A stretch of DNA of 64,000 nt from Nitrosopumilus sp. (GCA_963667665.2 OY763927.2:288001-352000), one strand, 5' to 3'; counted from the stretch's first letter, positions 1-10,297 are shown. Notes: generated by a model from the sequence alone, not told the origin. Program-made: numbers and translations.

Positions 1-1
1 T

Positions 2-163
2 CACTACACACTGACAGTCGCATCAGGCAGGCTGCAGGAGACGATCAACGAAATAAACGTGCCCATCTTGCTTGGAATCACAATACATCCGGTGGATACT
101 CGTGGAAAAAAGAGCGTTTGTTACAAATTACAGTTAAAACCAAAGTCGCATGTAAAAGGCTGA
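2..163 (+). CDS. 3' end of hypothetical protein (truncated by window edge)
   Basis: Open frame HYTLTVASGRLQETINEINVPILLGITIHPV...VKG* in a visibly GC-richer segment. Confidence 0.35.
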   Translation, partial: HYTLTVASGRLQETINEINVPILLGITIHPVDTRGKKSVCYKLQLKPKSHVKG

Positions 164-403
164 GTGAGAGCCTCGTGAACCTAACTACGAAATAGTTTTG
201 GCAAAGGGTACCGTCACAGTCGACGAATTCATGCTGGCACTACAGTACGTGCTTGAGCATGTCTGACTGTCTGTCTGTCACGGAAATGCCTGCACGGTAA
301 CTGATCGAGCTCAAAGTGAAAATTAGCGACAATATTCAAAATTGCTCAATTACACACACATCCTCAGAAACATTTAGCCAGTTGATGGAATTGTACCCAA
401 GTT

Positions 404-658
404 TTGACCGACTGCATCCCCAAACTCAAGAGATGTAGTCATGAAAGTGATTATGCCGTACTATACAATTACATGTACATGGAGTACCTGCTGTGTCATT
501 CCTGTTGGAATAAGGAAGATCCGGTACGGATAGACACTGACACAGTGAAGATATTCAGACCCAACCAGATGCGAGCCGTGCTGGTGCGGTGCATGCATTG
601 CAACACCGATGTCACGGCGCAGAAAAACTGCACAAGATGCTTTCAAGACACCAGATGA
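404..658 (+). CDS. Cys-rich Zn-finger-like hypothetical protein
   Basis: CHSC, CMHC and CTRC pairs; GC-richer, possibly foreign segment. Confidence 0.5.
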   Translation: MTDCIPKLKRCSHESDYAVLYNYMYMEYLLCHSCWNKEDPVRIDTDTVKIFRPNQMRAVLVRCMHCNTDVTAQKNCTRCFQDTR

Positions 659-937
659 CCATTTTAGGTTGGGATCCAATCAATGAATCATGAGTATGGA
701 TATCTGGGAAAGATCCCAACTAAGATCAGTTAATGCGATGTATCCTGCTGAGGCGAAAAGTGTGACAGTTATTGGGATGGAGAATTTCTACGTGTCTTCA
801 ATACGTATATGCTATCTGGATACATAATAGAGAAAAGTATGATTATCTCGTAATCGCGTTTGAACCTGAAACATATTGTTTATGCACTGTTTGTAGGGTG
901 TCTTGTTGACATTTTTTGGTAGACCTGGTCTTTGGAT

Positions 938-1028
938 CCGGTCTTTGTTGAGATTTTCGAATGGATCCGGTCATTAAACCGGTCTTTGTTGAGATTTTCG
1001 AATGGATCCGGTCATTAAACCGGTCTTT
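938..1028. repeat. 41-bp tandem repeat, about 2.2 copies
   Basis: CCGGTCTTTGTTGAGATTTTCGAATGGATCCGGTCATTAAA at 938 and 979, partial copy at 1020. Confidence 0.95.
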
Positions 1029-1297
1029 ATGTCACCATGTCATGATATTAGCCCAAAAAGTACCAAAATAGGCTATTTTACCAACATATTTGCCAATCTC
1101 AACCCACTTTTTATGATAGATCCGGTCTTTGGCCTTTTTTCGCATTTTACCTTTCCTCATACTTTTTCGGCTTAATTCCTGATTGGAATTGTGCCAAAAC
1201 TTCCTTCATTGGAAGATTTTGTTAAGGCCCCAAAATCAAAGAAAGATTTTGGTATTCAAACAACCCTTAGAAATATAGAATCCAAATAAAATTCACA

Positions 1298-1363
1298 TTT
1301 CATTCTATATCCCCATAACGTTACAGAACCTTTCATTCTATATCCCCATAACGTTACAGAACC
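1298..1363. repeat. 33-bp tandem duplication
   Basis: TTTCATTCTATATCCCCATAACGTTACAGAACC at 1298 and 1331. Confidence 0.95.
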
Positions 1364-1552
1364 TGGAAATATGTTCGGGGCTTACATACTTGAGTACACG
1401 CCTGTGTTTGTTTCGTCATATTGATTACATTTTCGCTGTTTTGAAGGCCTGTTGATAACTGGATTTGATCTATTTTTTATAATTTTCGTTGTTGTGTACT
1501 TATGTATATAGGTCTCCGAAAATATAATAAAAGATTTTAACGTATGCTCAAT

Positions 1553-2716
1553 ATGGAAACTAAAAACATTGGTTTGCGTGGAATCGAGATTGCAGATACC
1601 AAAATCTCAAATATAGACGGAGAGAAAGGCAAGCTAATTTATCGTGGATATGATATTTTAGATCTTACAAAAAATTCGACTTTTGAGGAAACAGCATATT
1701 TACTAATTTACGATAATCTACCAAACAAAAACCAACTAAATGAATTCAATGCAAAATTGATTGATGCAAGATACATTCCAAAGCAAATGCAAAAGAACAT
1801 GGCAAATTGGAGAAAAGATGCAGATCCTATGGATATGCTTCAAGCATTTGTTGCAGCACTTGCAGGATATTTTGATGAAGAATTTTCAACTAAAGAGGCT
1901 AGTCATGATAGAGCAATCAACCTCATTGCCAAAGTTCCATCAATAATTGCAAGTTGGCAGAGAATTAGAAACGGATTAGAGATTGTAGATCCTGATCCTT
2001 CGTTAAGTCATGCTGCAAATTTTCTATACATGATGTCTGGTGAAAAACCAGCACCTGAAGTTGAGAAAATTTTTGATGTATGTTTAATTCTTCATGCAGA
2101 CCATACTTTCAATGCATCAACATTTACAGCAAGACAAGTTGCATCAACTAGAGCACACATGTATTCAGCAACTAGTGCTGCAATTGGGGCATTAAGTGGG
2201 GAATTACACGGAGGAGCGAATACCGAAGTTATGAAAATGCTAGTGGATATTGGAAAAATAGAAAAAGTTGAAGCATGGATTAAAGAAAAAATGAGTAATG
2301 GTGATAGAATTATGGGAATGGGTCATGCAGTTTACAAAACATTTGATCCACGAGCACAAGTTCTAAAAGAACTATCAAGAAAACTTGCCGATAAAACCAA
2401 AGAGCCATGGTATGCCATAACAGAAAAAGTTGAAACTGTAACTATCTCTGAAATGAAATTACAGAAAGGTAGAGACATTTATCCTAATGTAGATTTGTAC
2501 AGTGCTTCACTCTATTACATGTTAAAAATTCCAGTAGATCTCAATACTCCAATCTTTGCAATCTCACGAGTTGTTGGATGGGCAGCACACATTATTGAGG
2601 AAAAATTTGCAGAGGCAGCACCAAAACCTGCACTATACAGACCAAAAGCAGCATATGTGGGAAAGTATTGCGGCCCAGAAGGATGCGAATACAAAACACT
2701 AGACTTGAGAAAATAA
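1553..2716 (+). CDS. gltA: Citrate synthase
   Basis: GLRG, LHADH, NASTF, LHGGAN, MGMGHAVYK and YPNVD motifs; alternative start at 1544. Confidence 0.95.
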   Translation: METKNIGLRGIEIADTKISNIDGEKGKLIYRGYDILDLTKNSTFEETAYLLIYDNLPNKNQLNEFNAKLIDARYIPKQMQKNMANWRKDADPMDMLQAFVAALAGYFDEEFSTKEASHDRAINLIAKVPSIIASWQRIRNGLEIVDPDPSLSHAANFLYMMSGEKPAPEVEKIFDVCLILHADHTFNASTFTARQVASTRAHMYSATSAAIGALSGELHGGANTEVMKMLVDIGKIEKVEAWIKEKMSNGDRIMGMGHAVYKTFDPRAQVLKELSRKLADKTKEPWYAITEKVETVTISEMKLQKGRDIYPNVDLYSASLYYMLKIPVDLNTPIFAISRVVGWAAHIIEEKFAEAAPKPALYRPKAAYVGKYCGPEGCEYKTLDLRK

Positions 2717-2719
2717 TTT

Positions 2720-2926
2720 TTAATTTCGAGTACTGAGCCACTCTTTTGCTTTAGAGTTTACATCATGCTTGTACAATACTTCAAAAACCATATCATAAAA
2801 TGAAATGCCTTTTTTCTGTGCCTGAGCATCTAGCCACTTTATTCCGTCTGATAATTCAGGATCATATTCTGAGAATTCTACTAATTCATCGACCATCTTT
2901 GAGAAGAATGCGTGGGATTCAAGCAT
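2720..2926 (-). CDS. Conserved hypothetical protein
   Basis: ORF with ATG at 2926 preceded by AAGGTG; shares a G(I/L)SFYD motif with the divergent neighbour. Confidence 0.7.
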   Translation of the reverse strand: MLESHAFFSKMVDELVEFSEYDPELSDGIKWLDAQAQKKGISFYDMVFEVLYKHDVNSKAKEWLSTRN

Positions 2927-3044
2927 GAATACACCTTTCAATCTATGATCATAAGTGACATATTCAAAAAATATAGACAAAAAAGGTAACTACTACTGAC
3001 ATTTTGCTACCCAAATAGTCTAATATGCCAACTTTTATTCATAA

Positions 3045-3260
3045 ATGAAAATTTTTAATCAGAAATTAATGTCTCCAGCAGAGCGAAAAGAATTGCAAAA
3101 ATTAGATGATTTAGTACTTGATGCATCACCTGATGAATTAAAGAAAATTCAGGAAATTGACCATCAAACCCAGATGGAGGGATTATCATTTTATGATGTA
3201 TATCTTGATTCTAGTTCTTTGATTAATCCAAATATCAAAAAGTCTTTTAGAAAATCTTAA
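3045..3260 (+). CDS. Hypothetical protein
   Basis: 71-aa ORF with GLSFYD motif. Confidence 0.65.
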   Translation: MKIFNQKLMSPAERKELQKLDDLVLDASPDELKKIQEIDHQTQMEGLSFYDVYLDSSSLINPNIKKSFRKS

Positions 3261-3304
3261 TTTTTCATTCTTCATTTAAATGAGGGAATAATTTTTCAAC
3301 CGTA

Positions 3305-4360
3305 TTGGCAGTTTCTAAAACCAAAAAATCTACAACTAAAAAAACTGCTACCAAAAAATCTACAACTAAACCTGTAAAGACTAAACGGACCAAAGTTATT
3401 TGCATCTCTCACAAGGAGGATAATGATGGAATCAGTTCTGCTGCATTAATCAGACAAGCCTTTGGTGGTGATGCTATTCTTGTTGATTATCCCGGTCAAA
3501 TGGAGGCACTAAATCAGGTGGTTTTAGATAAAAAACTAAAATCCTTGTACATTTGTGATCTTGGACTAAGCAAAAAGACACAAGATGAATTTATCGATAT
3601 AATGACTACTTTACGAAAAAACAAAGTTGCAGTTACATACATTGATCATCACGACATTGATCCTACTGTTGTAAAATCTTTAAAGAAAATCAAAGTAAAA
3701 GTTATTCATAATATCCATGAATGTACTGCTGTTTTGGTATATGATGCATTCAAATCCAAACTAGATGATCATGCTTCATTCATTGCAACTTGTGCTGCAA
3801 TTACTGATTATATGGAAGATAGACCGATTGGCTCAAAATTACTCCAAATTTATGATAGACAATTTGCACTAATTAGTGCCACAGTAATGACTTACAATAT
3901 CGTTGGACATCAAAAAGAACCTGATTATTTATTATATTTAGTAGAAGAATTAGCAGACTCAAAATTTCCACATGATATTCCAAATACATTCGAGTTTGCA
4001 CAAATCCAAGTTGAAAAGCTTTCTCTTATGATTGACAAAGTGAAAAAAGGAATGAAAATTATGAAAAATCTTGGTTATATGGAAATTCTAGACGCTGGCG
4101 CAAGTGGTGCTGTTAATTTTGTGATGGGATTATCTGGCAAAGATGTTGGTGTTGCATACAAAGAAAGAGTTGATCATGGAATCTATGCTGTATCAGTTAG
4201 AGGCTCTAAGAACTGTAAAGTTCACTTGGGGAGAATTGTTAATATTTTAGCAACTGACCTTGGTGGTTCTGGTGGTGGGCATGATAAGGCATGTGGATGT
4301 ATTATTCCAAAACCAAAAATAAAAAAATTCATTACAGAATTAAATAAAAAAATTAAATAA
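3305..4360 (+). CDS. DHH/DHHA1 phosphoesterase (RecJ/Cdc45-like family)
   Basis: DxDG, CD, YIDHH and GGSGGGHDKAC motifs; K/T-rich N-terminal tail. Confidence 0.88.
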   Translation: MAVSKTKKSTTKKTATKKSTTKPVKTKRTKVICISHKEDNDGISSAALIRQAFGGDAILVDYPGQMEALNQVVLDKKLKSLYICDLGLSKKTQDEFIDIMTTLRKNKVAVTYIDHHDIDPTVVKSLKKIKVKVIHNIHECTAVLVYDAFKSKLDDHASFIATCAAITDYMEDRPIGSKLLQIYDRQFALISATVMTYNIVGHQKEPDYLLYLVEELADSKFPHDIPNTFEFAQIQVEKLSLMIDKVKKGMKIMKNLGYMEILDAGASGAVNFVMGLSGKDVGVAYKERVDHGIYAVSVRGSKNCKVHLGRIVNILATDLGGSGGGHDKACGCIIPKPKIKKFITELNKKIK

Positions 4361-4444
4361 TCACTGTAAAAATCTAGGAATCTTTTTTTGCTATATGTGG
4401 GACTGGGAATAATTTTTGGATTTGCAGGATTGACTGCATTGAAA

Positions 4445-4964
4445 CTAAAAAAAGAGATAAAGTTGAAAAAAATTGCTGTCTCCGCAGTCCTCTTTATTTT
4501 TAAAAATAGATTTTCTTCTAGTACCTAGATCTGCTGTTAATAAAGTTCTGAAATAACTAATTTGATCAAGTACTACTTTGAGTTCATCATCATGTCTAGG
4601 AAATTCTGACTTTTTGCTTTTACTTATTTCTTTTAATCTATCTTTGAGTGTCTGATATCCGTGATCCATAGTTTTACGAGATAACCACATCCCTCCATTT
4701 TCATCATGATACCATTTTCTTATCTCTATTAACAATTCTTCACAATCCATTTTTTTTTACATCTATTCCTGTGTTTTGAATTTTTTTTAATGAATGCAAT
4801 GTCTTCCAAATTTTTTTGTATGGTTCGATTCGATTCTTTTGTAATTCAACATCAAACTTTAATTCTATATTTTTTCGTAGTTTTACAACTGCAATAACAT
4901 AAGTGACTAAAAAAGTCAAAACAATTGAAATGATACTAGTTATTAATGTAAAATCATGTTCCAT
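4445..4964 (-). pseudogene. Membrane-anchored hypothetical protein split by a frameshift in an A9 run
   Basis: ORFs 4740..4964 and 4445..4750 join in frame if one base is removed from the T9 run at 4750-4758. Confidence 0.6.
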
Positions 4965-5011
4965 AATTTTTCATAATTTATGAATTCATAAACATTGCCC
5001 TGAATAATGTC

Positions 5012-5380
5012 TTAATCTACTTTAATTGAAAACGCCAAGAGCTCACCTTTACCTTTGCTTAGAAACTTGGCAATTTTAGCCATTAGTCCGTACTTTTTTT
5101 CTCTCCATTTTACTACATCTTGGGTTTGCTCGTCTGTCAAAATTTCAGCAACACCTGAAATCCATTGACCTTTAATTTTTCCTTTGAAATTACATGTTGC
5201 AATTTTTACCTGCTGATTATTTCTAAGACGTTTTACTTTTCCTGTTTGGTCTCGTGTTACTACATAAATCAAATCATCTTTAATTACAAACCAAACTGGA
5301 GTTTGAACTGACTCATTATTTTTTCTATAAGTTTCAAGTGAAATACATTTTCCTGATTCTAACTCTTCTAAATTGTTCAT
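5012..5380 (-). CDS. PPOX-class F420-dependent oxidoreductase
   Basis: ISLETYRKN...TPVWF and GKVKRLRNN motifs. Confidence 0.85.
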   Translation of the reverse strand: MNNLEELESGKCISLETYRKNNESVQTPVWFVIKDDLIYVVTRDQTGKVKRLRNNQQVKIATCNFKGKIKGQWISGVAEILTDEQTQDVVKWREKKYGLMAKIAKFLSKGKGELLAFSIKVD

Positions 5381-5414
5381 GTAATATTATATTTTTTAAT
5401 TCATTTAGGTTTAT

Positions 5415-5561
5415 TCATAATTTCTTTTTTCGCATTATTTTCTTAATTTGTCTATACCCTAAAACTGGAAGAACACAGAAAACACATCCTATTTGTGATA
5501 TTGAACAGCAACAAAAACACTGGCATTTTCCTTTTTCATGGTTGCATTCTGCGCAATTCAT
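5415..5561 (-). CDS. Cys-rich microprotein (48 aa, 9 Cys), not in ORF track
   Basis: MNCAECNHEKGKCQCFCCCSISQIGCVFCVLPVLGYRQIKKIMRKKKL; overlaps the end of the upstream Zn-finger gene. Confidence 0.55.
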   Translation of the reverse strand: MNCAECNHEKGKCQCFCCCSISQIGCVFCVLPVLGYRQIKKIMRKKKL

Positions 5562-5754
5562 ATTTTTTACTCCTTGGTTTTGTTCTTAGTCTTGTTTTAC
5601 AGCAAGGACATGAATTTTCTTCGGTAATGAAAAATAATGCACACAATGAACACCACTTTTGGCCAATTTTGTAACGTAACTTATTTGTAAATGAATCTGC
5701 TTTTAGACGGTGACATATTCCATTACATGTTTGACCCATGAATGTAATACTCAA
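5536..5754 (-). CDS. Small Zn-finger protein
   Basis: CNGIC, CSLC and CPCC motifs. Confidence 0.75.
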   Translation of the reverse strand: MSITFMGQTCNGICHRLKADSFTNKLRYKIGQKWCSLCALFFITEENSCPCCKTRLRTKPRSKKYELRRMQP

Positions 5755-5784
5755 AAAATCTATTTAAGAAAATTTCCAAATCTT

Positions 5785-6240
5785 TTATTCTGAAATCTCA
5801 ATGACTGCATCAATTTCAGTCATTGAATCTAATGGTAAACTAGCCACTCCAACTGCAATTCTTGAGTGCTTTCCAATGTTCCCAAATATCTCAAAAAACA
5901 AATCAGAAGCTGCATTAATCACTTTTGGTTGTGCTGTAAATTCTGAAACAGAATTTACAAATCCTGATAGTCTTACTATTTTGGAGACTTTATCCAAATT
6001 ACCAACTTCTCTTTTTATTTGTGCTAAAATGTTAATCGCACACATTCTTGCAGATTTTTGAGCAGTTTCTAAATTATCCTCTGAAACCTTTCCTGTAAAG
6101 ATAACTTTACCATCCTCCATTGGAATCTGTCCTGAAATGTAGAGCAAATTTCCAGTTCTAACTACAGGAACATATGATCCTGCAGGTGTTGGAGGATTTG
6201 GTAACTTTATCCCTAATGATTCAAGTTTTTCTTCAATCAA
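5785..6240 (-). CDS. RidA/YjgF family protein
   Basis: LYISGQIP, GFVNS, GKHSRIAVG and EID motifs. Confidence 0.92.
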   Translation of the reverse strand: MIEEKLESLGIKLPNPPTPAGSYVPVVRTGNLLYISGQIPMEDGKVIFTGKVSEDNLETAQKSARMCAINILAQIKREVGNLDKVSKIVRLSGFVNSVSEFTAQPKVINAASDLFFEIFGNIGKHSRIAVGVASLPLDSMTEIDAVIEISE

Positions 6241-6375
6241 GACTCTTGTGCCTATTTAGTCTGATTTTAGTTTTTTCATGAAATTCTTTATTAAAAAAAT
6301 TCTTAGATTTTGAGCATTTGATACATGTTTGTTATGTAGTACCAATGAATATTGAATTTCTGATTTTAAAATAGA

Positions 6376-6483
6376 ATGTTATTTCATGATGAAGAACTAA
6401 ATGAAGAAGAACAGATAAAGTATTTTGAGAAATTAGACCCTAAGACCATTGAATTAATCAAAGAAGAGTATGCTCATGACTAA
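6376..6483 (+). CDS. Small acidic hypothetical protein
   Basis: MLFHDEELNEEEQIKYFEKLDPKTIELIKEEYAHD; overlaps the next ORF by 8 nt. Confidence 0.3.
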   Translation: MLFHDEELNEEEQIKYFEKLDPKTIELIKEEYAHD

Positions 6484-6616
6484 TCAGGAACAATTAGCAA
6501 ATCAAATATCTGAATTTATTGGAAAAAATCTTCGTGGTAACACTCCATTTGCAAGTACATCTGATTTTATTCTGTACATTGCCAATAAAGAATCAAAGAA
6601 AAGAGAAGAAAAATAA
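6476..6616 (+). CDS. Small protein, possibly ribbon-helix-helix-like
   Basis: MTNQEQLANQISEFIGKNLRGNTPFASTSDFILYIANKESKKREEK; FxSxSDFI pattern. Confidence 0.4.
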   Translation: MTNQEQLANQISEFIGKNLRGNTPFASTSDFILYIANKESKKREEK

Positions 6617-6726
6617 ATCCTGAATCTAAAATTATTGTTTTAACATGTTTGTAAACTAACTTACAAGTTGTTTTGCATTTTGTATATGGTTACGTGTTTG
6701 TTCAAATGAACAAACAAAATTGGTAT

Positions 6727-7887
6727 CTAGTTTTTAGTAATCTTAATGTGGACTTTTTCGCCCTTGTTTTGATTATTTTGATATATGGTTCTTGTTTTGT
6801 AGCCTTGTTTTTGAAGGCATTCATCCAAAATTGAGACCCAAGGTAGAGAATGCCCGCTGTTTAGTTTTGACTCTATTGTGATATTTTTGGTGCTTGCCTC
6901 AAAGTTTACGTGCCCAGAGCATGTTATCTGCATTACTGCATCCATTATCTCTATAATATCATCAAGTGATTTTGATTTCAAAGATATTCCATTTTGTTCT
7001 AATAGTTTGAGCATGTTTGATTCTGGTTTTTTTGATACCATCAGAGAATTTAGAATATGCATCAAACCAGTCTCATTGACTGTCTTGATTATTTTGTAAA
7101 TCTCTGCTGCTTCTGTTTTTGTCATATCTGCAAGAGCTTTGGTTTTTGTTGCATTCTTCCAAATATTAGAAAATACTTTTTCTTGGTTTATTCCTAGAAT
7201 TTCAGTTGATGAAAAAATTGCTCCCTTCCCATTAGTGTTGTTTACCAATAATAATTCAGTTTCATCAAAGATAAAGCAATTTTGAGTAATCTCTGATGCT
7301 CTAATCTCTACTCCATCTGGAATTGCTCTATATGATTCAGAACAAATCTGTGTTGGTGATACAAGTAATTTAACATCTAAATTTCTACGCAACACTGATA
7401 GTAACTGTTCTTTACATTCAGCTAGTAATCCAAAACCCCATTGGTCTACCACTATCTTAATTGATGATTTTGATCCTTCAATCATAATTTGAAGTTGGGC
7501 CAATACATTATTTGCACCAATGTGAAAGTATCTTTTTTCTTCAGATCCTCTTGACTTTCTACTCTCCTCACTTGCTTTCTTCAAATTAGATACCAACGTG
7601 TTCATTGCATTTACCTTGTTGATTTGCTCATGAATGATTCCATCAAATGCATCTTCAGGTGCAATTGCTGTGCACATTATTGGTTTACTCTTTGAAATTA
7701 TTGTTAGTTTCTTTTTTTCTAGTTTTAGCAAGGTTGGATAAATTTTAGTTCTAGGAATTTCAGAATAATATGCCAATTCACTTGCAGTAATTGTTCCTTT
7801 GGCAATTAGTGATACATATGCCTGTGCCTCATATTTGCTTAATCCAAATTCTTCTAAACTCACTGTTAATGCATGCTCATTTACCAT
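6727..7887 (-). CDS. TrmB-family transcriptional regulator
   Basis: FGLSKYEAQAYVSL...IPRTKIY wHTH followed by a TrmB-type effector region. Confidence 0.9.
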   Translation of the reverse strand: MVNEHALTVSLEEFGLSKYEAQAYVSLIAKGTITASELAYYSEIPRTKIYPTLLKLEKKKLTIISKSKPIMCTAIAPEDAFDGIIHEQINKVNAMNTLVSNLKKASEESRKSRGSEEKRYFHIGANNVLAQLQIMIEGSKSSIKIVVDQWGFGLLAECKEQLLSVLRRNLDVKLLVSPTQICSESYRAIPDGVEIRASEITQNCFIFDETELLLVNNTNGKGAIFSSTEILGINQEKVFSNIWKNATKTKALADMTKTEAAEIYKIIKTVNETGLMHILNSLMVSKKPESNMLKLLEQNGISLKSKSLDDIIEIMDAVMQITCSGHVNFEASTKNITIESKLNSGHSLPWVSILDECLQKQGYKTRTIYQNNQNKGEKVHIKITKN

Positions 7888-7978
7888 GTTTTTACTTGAT
7901 TTGTTATTAGGTAAAATTGAGAGCTAAATTCCTTTTAACAAGTACTCAAAAAAAATCAAAATTGTATCTACAGAGAGG

Positions 7979-7994
7979 TGTAACTGTGGTTACA
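7979..7994. promoter_or_regulatory. Palindromic operator candidate
   Basis: TGTAAC-TGTG-GTTACA between the divergent trmB-like gene and the ESCRT-III/cdvC operon. Confidence 0.35.
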
Positions 7995-8001
7995 ACACAA
8001 A

Positions 8002-8607
8002 TTGTTACATGGCCCTCAAATACAAAATTTTGATCAACTAGATAGTATGGTTGCTAGATGCAATGTTTGCACATTAGAGTATTCAAACACATCACATTTT
8101 GTTACTTTGGTTCCAAGATTAGAATATTCTACCAATCTATTAGATGAGATTTCAGAGATTCTAAAGAAAAAAAGAGATGAAATAAAAAAATCAAACAAAT
8201 CTTTTGTTGATTTTGATGAAATTGATGATATTACACTTGGAGCAATTAAACTAGAACGAACTGTATCTTTTTCTTTGGAAGTACTCACCCTAATTAAAAA
8301 AAGAACTAAAAAAATATCTAATGTGAATAACATTCCTGTAGTTCTTCCTGCAACTATCCCAATGATTAGAACAATCAGTGCGCAATTATTTGATATTGTT
8401 CCTCATTGTAGTCAAAAACTATCAGAGTTGTCTGTCAATTTAGGTAGTATAGTGTTGGATTCTGCAGCACTGACAAAGGCAAGATTTGATTTTAGCCAAT
8501 CAAATGAAGAATCCTCAATTATGCTTAATGAAGTAAAATTGATGGTAGACTCTAAAATAAGTAAGCAGTACCCTAATCTTGATTTTTTTAAAGTGTTCAA
8601 TACTTGA
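8002..8607 (+). CDS. Divergent ESCRT-III/CdvB (Snf7-like) paralog
   Basis: C-terminal half (LPATIPMIRTI...VP...LSELSVNLGSIV...NEESSIMLNEV...YPNL) follows the thaumarchaeal CdvB pattern; in operon with cdvC; start uncertain. Confidence 0.65.
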   Translation: MLHGPQIQNFDQLDSMVARCNVCTLEYSNTSHFVTLVPRLEYSTNLLDEISEILKKKRDEIKKSNKSFVDFDEIDDITLGAIKLERTVSFSLEVLTLIKKRTKKISNVNNIPVVLPATIPMIRTISAQLFDIVPHCSQKLSELSVNLGSIVLDSAALTKARFDFSQSNEESSIMLNEVKLMVDSKISKQYPNLDFFKVFNT

Positions 8608-9098
8608 TATCACTAAATTCTAAACGTAACTTTTCAAAGGATATTGAACGAATCCGAACTCTTTCATCAAAAATCGACAAAAAAATATCAGATGCAAAAC
8701 CTTCTGATGATGATAAAATTGATAAACTCACGCTAGAGGAACTGCAAGATTTAAACAAAATTGTTGGAATTGCTGATTTTATGTTATGCAAACACGCTGA
8801 CAACAAAGAGATGCGTTCAATTCTGAAACACTTTGTATCAATTATTTCAGAGACTGCAAACTCTTTAGATAATTTAGATGATGAAATCTCAGAATTGATA
8901 ATCTCAGCTGAGGACTCTATTAACAAAGTAAAAGACATGCAATCGCATATCTCTGACAAGTCTGATTTCAAAAAGAAATATCATGATGGGCCTGACTATA
9001 GTGAGGCTGAGACTAGTGGAATTAATTTAACCAATTTTGGCACAGCGGTTAACCCAGTCGAATACCAACAAAATTCTCAAGGACATATTCGTAGGTAA
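8604..9098 (+). CDS. Helical hypothetical protein in the cdv operon
   Basis: Overlaps the previous gene by 4 nt; ends 5 nt before cdvC. Confidence 0.75.
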   Translation: MISLNSKRNFSKDIERIRTLSSKIDKKISDAKPSDDDKIDKLTLEELQDLNKIVGIADFMLCKHADNKEMRSILKHFVSIISETANSLDNLDDEISELIISAEDSINKVKDMQSHISDKSDFKKKYHDGPDYSEAETSGINLTNFGTAVNPVEYQQNSQGHIRR

Positions 9099-9103
9099 TT
9101 AAG

Positions 9104-10297
9104 ATGAGTTTAGCACCGCAAGAATTAGAGAATACTGCTAGTAAGTACGCCTCTGAGGCCATAAAATATGATTCTCAGGGAGCACGTGGTATGGCAATTT
9201 CTCACTATCAGCACGCAATTGATGCTCTTGTAAAACTATTACAATTATACCCTCAAAGCAAACTAAACCAAATTTACAAAGAAAGATGTAACTCTTATCA
9301 TAATCGAATTAATGCATTACAACAGGCTCATGGTGTAGAACCCGCAGTTGATCCTAAAGCATCTGCAGAAGACCAAAAGAAATCTGTTCAAAGACAAGAA
9401 ACTGAAAATGACTTTGAAGACCTTGTAATGAAAGAAAAGCCAGATGTTACATGGGCCCAAGTTATTGGATTAGAAGATGCAAAGAGTGCATTACGTGAAT
9501 CAATCATATATCCTGCTAAAAGACCTGACTTGTTTCCACTTGGATGGCCAAAAGGAATGCTACTGTATGGACCACCAGGTACTGGAAAAACAATGCTAGC
9601 AGCAGCTACTGCAAATGAGATGGATGGTTACTTTATCAATGTAGATGCATCATCTATGATGAGTAAATGGTTAGGTGAAGCAGAAAAGAATGTTTCAAAA
9701 TTATTTACAATGGCTAGACACTATGCAGAAAAAGAAGGCAAACCTGTTATCTTATTTGTTGATGAAGTTGATTCCTTACTAGGTTCACGAAGTAGTGAAG
9801 TTGGTGGAGAGGTAAGAACCAAAAACCAATTTCTAACTGAGATGGACGGTGTTAATCAAAAAGGAAAAGACTTGATGCTTTATGTAATTGGTGCAACAAA
9901 CAAACCATGGAGTCTTGATTGGCCTTTCTTAAGACGATTCCAAAAGAGAATCTATGTTTCATTACCATCCCTAGAAGCAAGAGCGCATCTATTTGAGGAA
10001 TATACTGCTCCTCTGAAAAAAAGTATCAGAGTACATCCTGCTGAATTAGCAAAATTGTTTGATGGATATAGTGCAAGTGATATCAAAGATATCTGTCAGG
10101 CAGCACAAATTAAAACAGTTCATGAAATTTTTAATTCTCCAGATTATCATGAACCAGTAGAAGGCGAAGTGCCAGTACAACCACGAGAACTCACTAATAA
10201 TGATTTCAAGGATATCATGGCAAGAAGAAAACCAAGTGTTTCAACTGAGATGATTCGTGCTTATCACAAATGGAGCGAAGAGTTCAAGGCTCTCTAA
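9104..10297 (+). CDS. cdvC: Cell division AAA ATPase CdvC (Vps4-like)
   Basis: N-terminal MIT domain, GPPGTGKT, SKWLGE, FVDEVD, ATNKPW and RRFQKR motifs. Confidence 0.93.
   Translation: MSLAPQELENTASKYASEAIKYDSQGARGMAISHYQHAIDALVKLLQLYPQSKLNQIYKERCNSYHNRINALQQAHGVEPAVDPKASAEDQKKSVQRQETENDFEDLVMKEKPDVTWAQVIGLEDAKSALRESIIYPAKRPDLFPLGWPKGMLLYGPPGTGKTMLAAATANEMDGYFINVDASSMMSKWLGEAEKNVSKLFTMARHYAEKEGKPVILFVDEVDSLLGSRSSEVGGEVRTKNQFLTEMDGVNQKGKDLMLYVIGATNKPWSLDWPFLRRFQKRIYVSLPSLEARAHLFEEYTAPLKKSIRVHPAELAKLFDGYSASDIKDICQAAQIKTVHEIFNSPDYHEPVEGEVPVQPRELTNNDFKDIMARRKPSVSTEMIRAYHKWSEEFKAL

Noticed and set aside
938-1363. Possible CRISPR array
   Set aside because: The repeats are directly tandem with no unique spacers, have only two full copies each, and no cas genes are in the window.
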